Positions 63,520 through 64,000 of a DNA stretch of 64,000 bases are shown piece after piece. Source of the stretch: Selaginella moellendorffii (Eukaryota; Plantae; Lycopodiophyta); the NCBI RefSeq assembly GCF_000143415.4, contig NW_003314262.1, positions 80,183-144,182 of the forward strand, written 5' to 3'. Position 1 is the stretch's first letter. The number at the start of each line of letters is the position of its first letter. The notes under the pieces were generated by a model. It had not been told where the DNA came from and made no database searches. It worked only from the letters and a program-made list of their open reading frames with translations. The position numbers and the translations under genes were made by a program.

Positions 63520-63975
63520 GATTTTGGGGATCGGGATTTCCACAGCATCGCGAGCCATCAAGGTTTCTCACTGCCTTAGCCACAGCAGTGTCGGATCAGT
63601 CGCTATAGCTTAAGAATCTCCAGCGCCAGCATAGAGCAATGGTAAGAAATCATGAAATTGGTTGGTCCACTCAGGAAATTGCTTGAGACCCTGGGCAAGG
63701 AGATGAGGTAGTTGCAGGAGCTCATCGCACACTACAGCTCCAAGCTCATCCCACTTTCATGCTTGCCATTGGCACTAGGCTCAGATATCACCTGTAAAGC
63801 ACTCAATTCAAGGCAACTCTTGTCGGGGAGGATGATACAGAATGGAGTGAGGACACATTGTCTCGACAGTCCAATGAACTTCTGCTACAAATCACTTATG
63901 CAGTCAAGGTTCTAGTGAATCTAGTGGCTCTTCGTCAAGAGCTCTTGTAGTATAAGGAGAAGGAGGAGATGTAAG
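63520..63975 (+). pseudogene. Unidentified degenerate gene fragment
   Basis: GC-richer exon-like blocks ending in gtaag donors (63642, 63971) with in-frame stops; no family recognised. Confidence 0.25.
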
Positions 63976-64000
63976 TTTTAAATAGCACAAAGTGTCACTG

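Overview
Plant nuclear DNA, most likely a lycophyte such as Selaginella (inferred from ~50-nt introns, PLS-class PPR style and TTTAGGG). Bases 1-11,000 are a small gene island: an intronless PLS-E PPR gene, a 7-exon SLX9-family gene invisible in the ORF track, a small secreted protein gene, an RsgA GTPase pseudogene, and a ~1.8-kb inverted duplication carrying dead copies of three of these. Bases ~11,900-62,900 are one nested transposon stack. A decayed Helitron holds LTR element B1 (12438-59750). B1 holds LTR element A1 (13800-46474, TSD TGGAG), a solo LTR and a decayed chromovirus. A1 holds a 12.5-kb Sola-like DNA transposon (15131-27662), LTR element A2 (27896-35154, TSD CAGAC) and LTR element B2. 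The main candidate for a novel system is the Sola-like element. Besides its DDD transposase it carries a divergent multi-exon gene predicted to fuse a ParB/DGQHR-like domain, an N6/N4-DNA-methyltransferase-like fold and an FCP1/NIF-type HAD phosphatase. It also carries ~24 copies of a 22-bp palindrome (ATGGCRTG-N6-CAYGCCAT) not seen outside it, several filling tiny introns. This suggests a transposon-encoded ParB/parS-like self-recognition system. Domain calls are by motif reading only; no searches were run.
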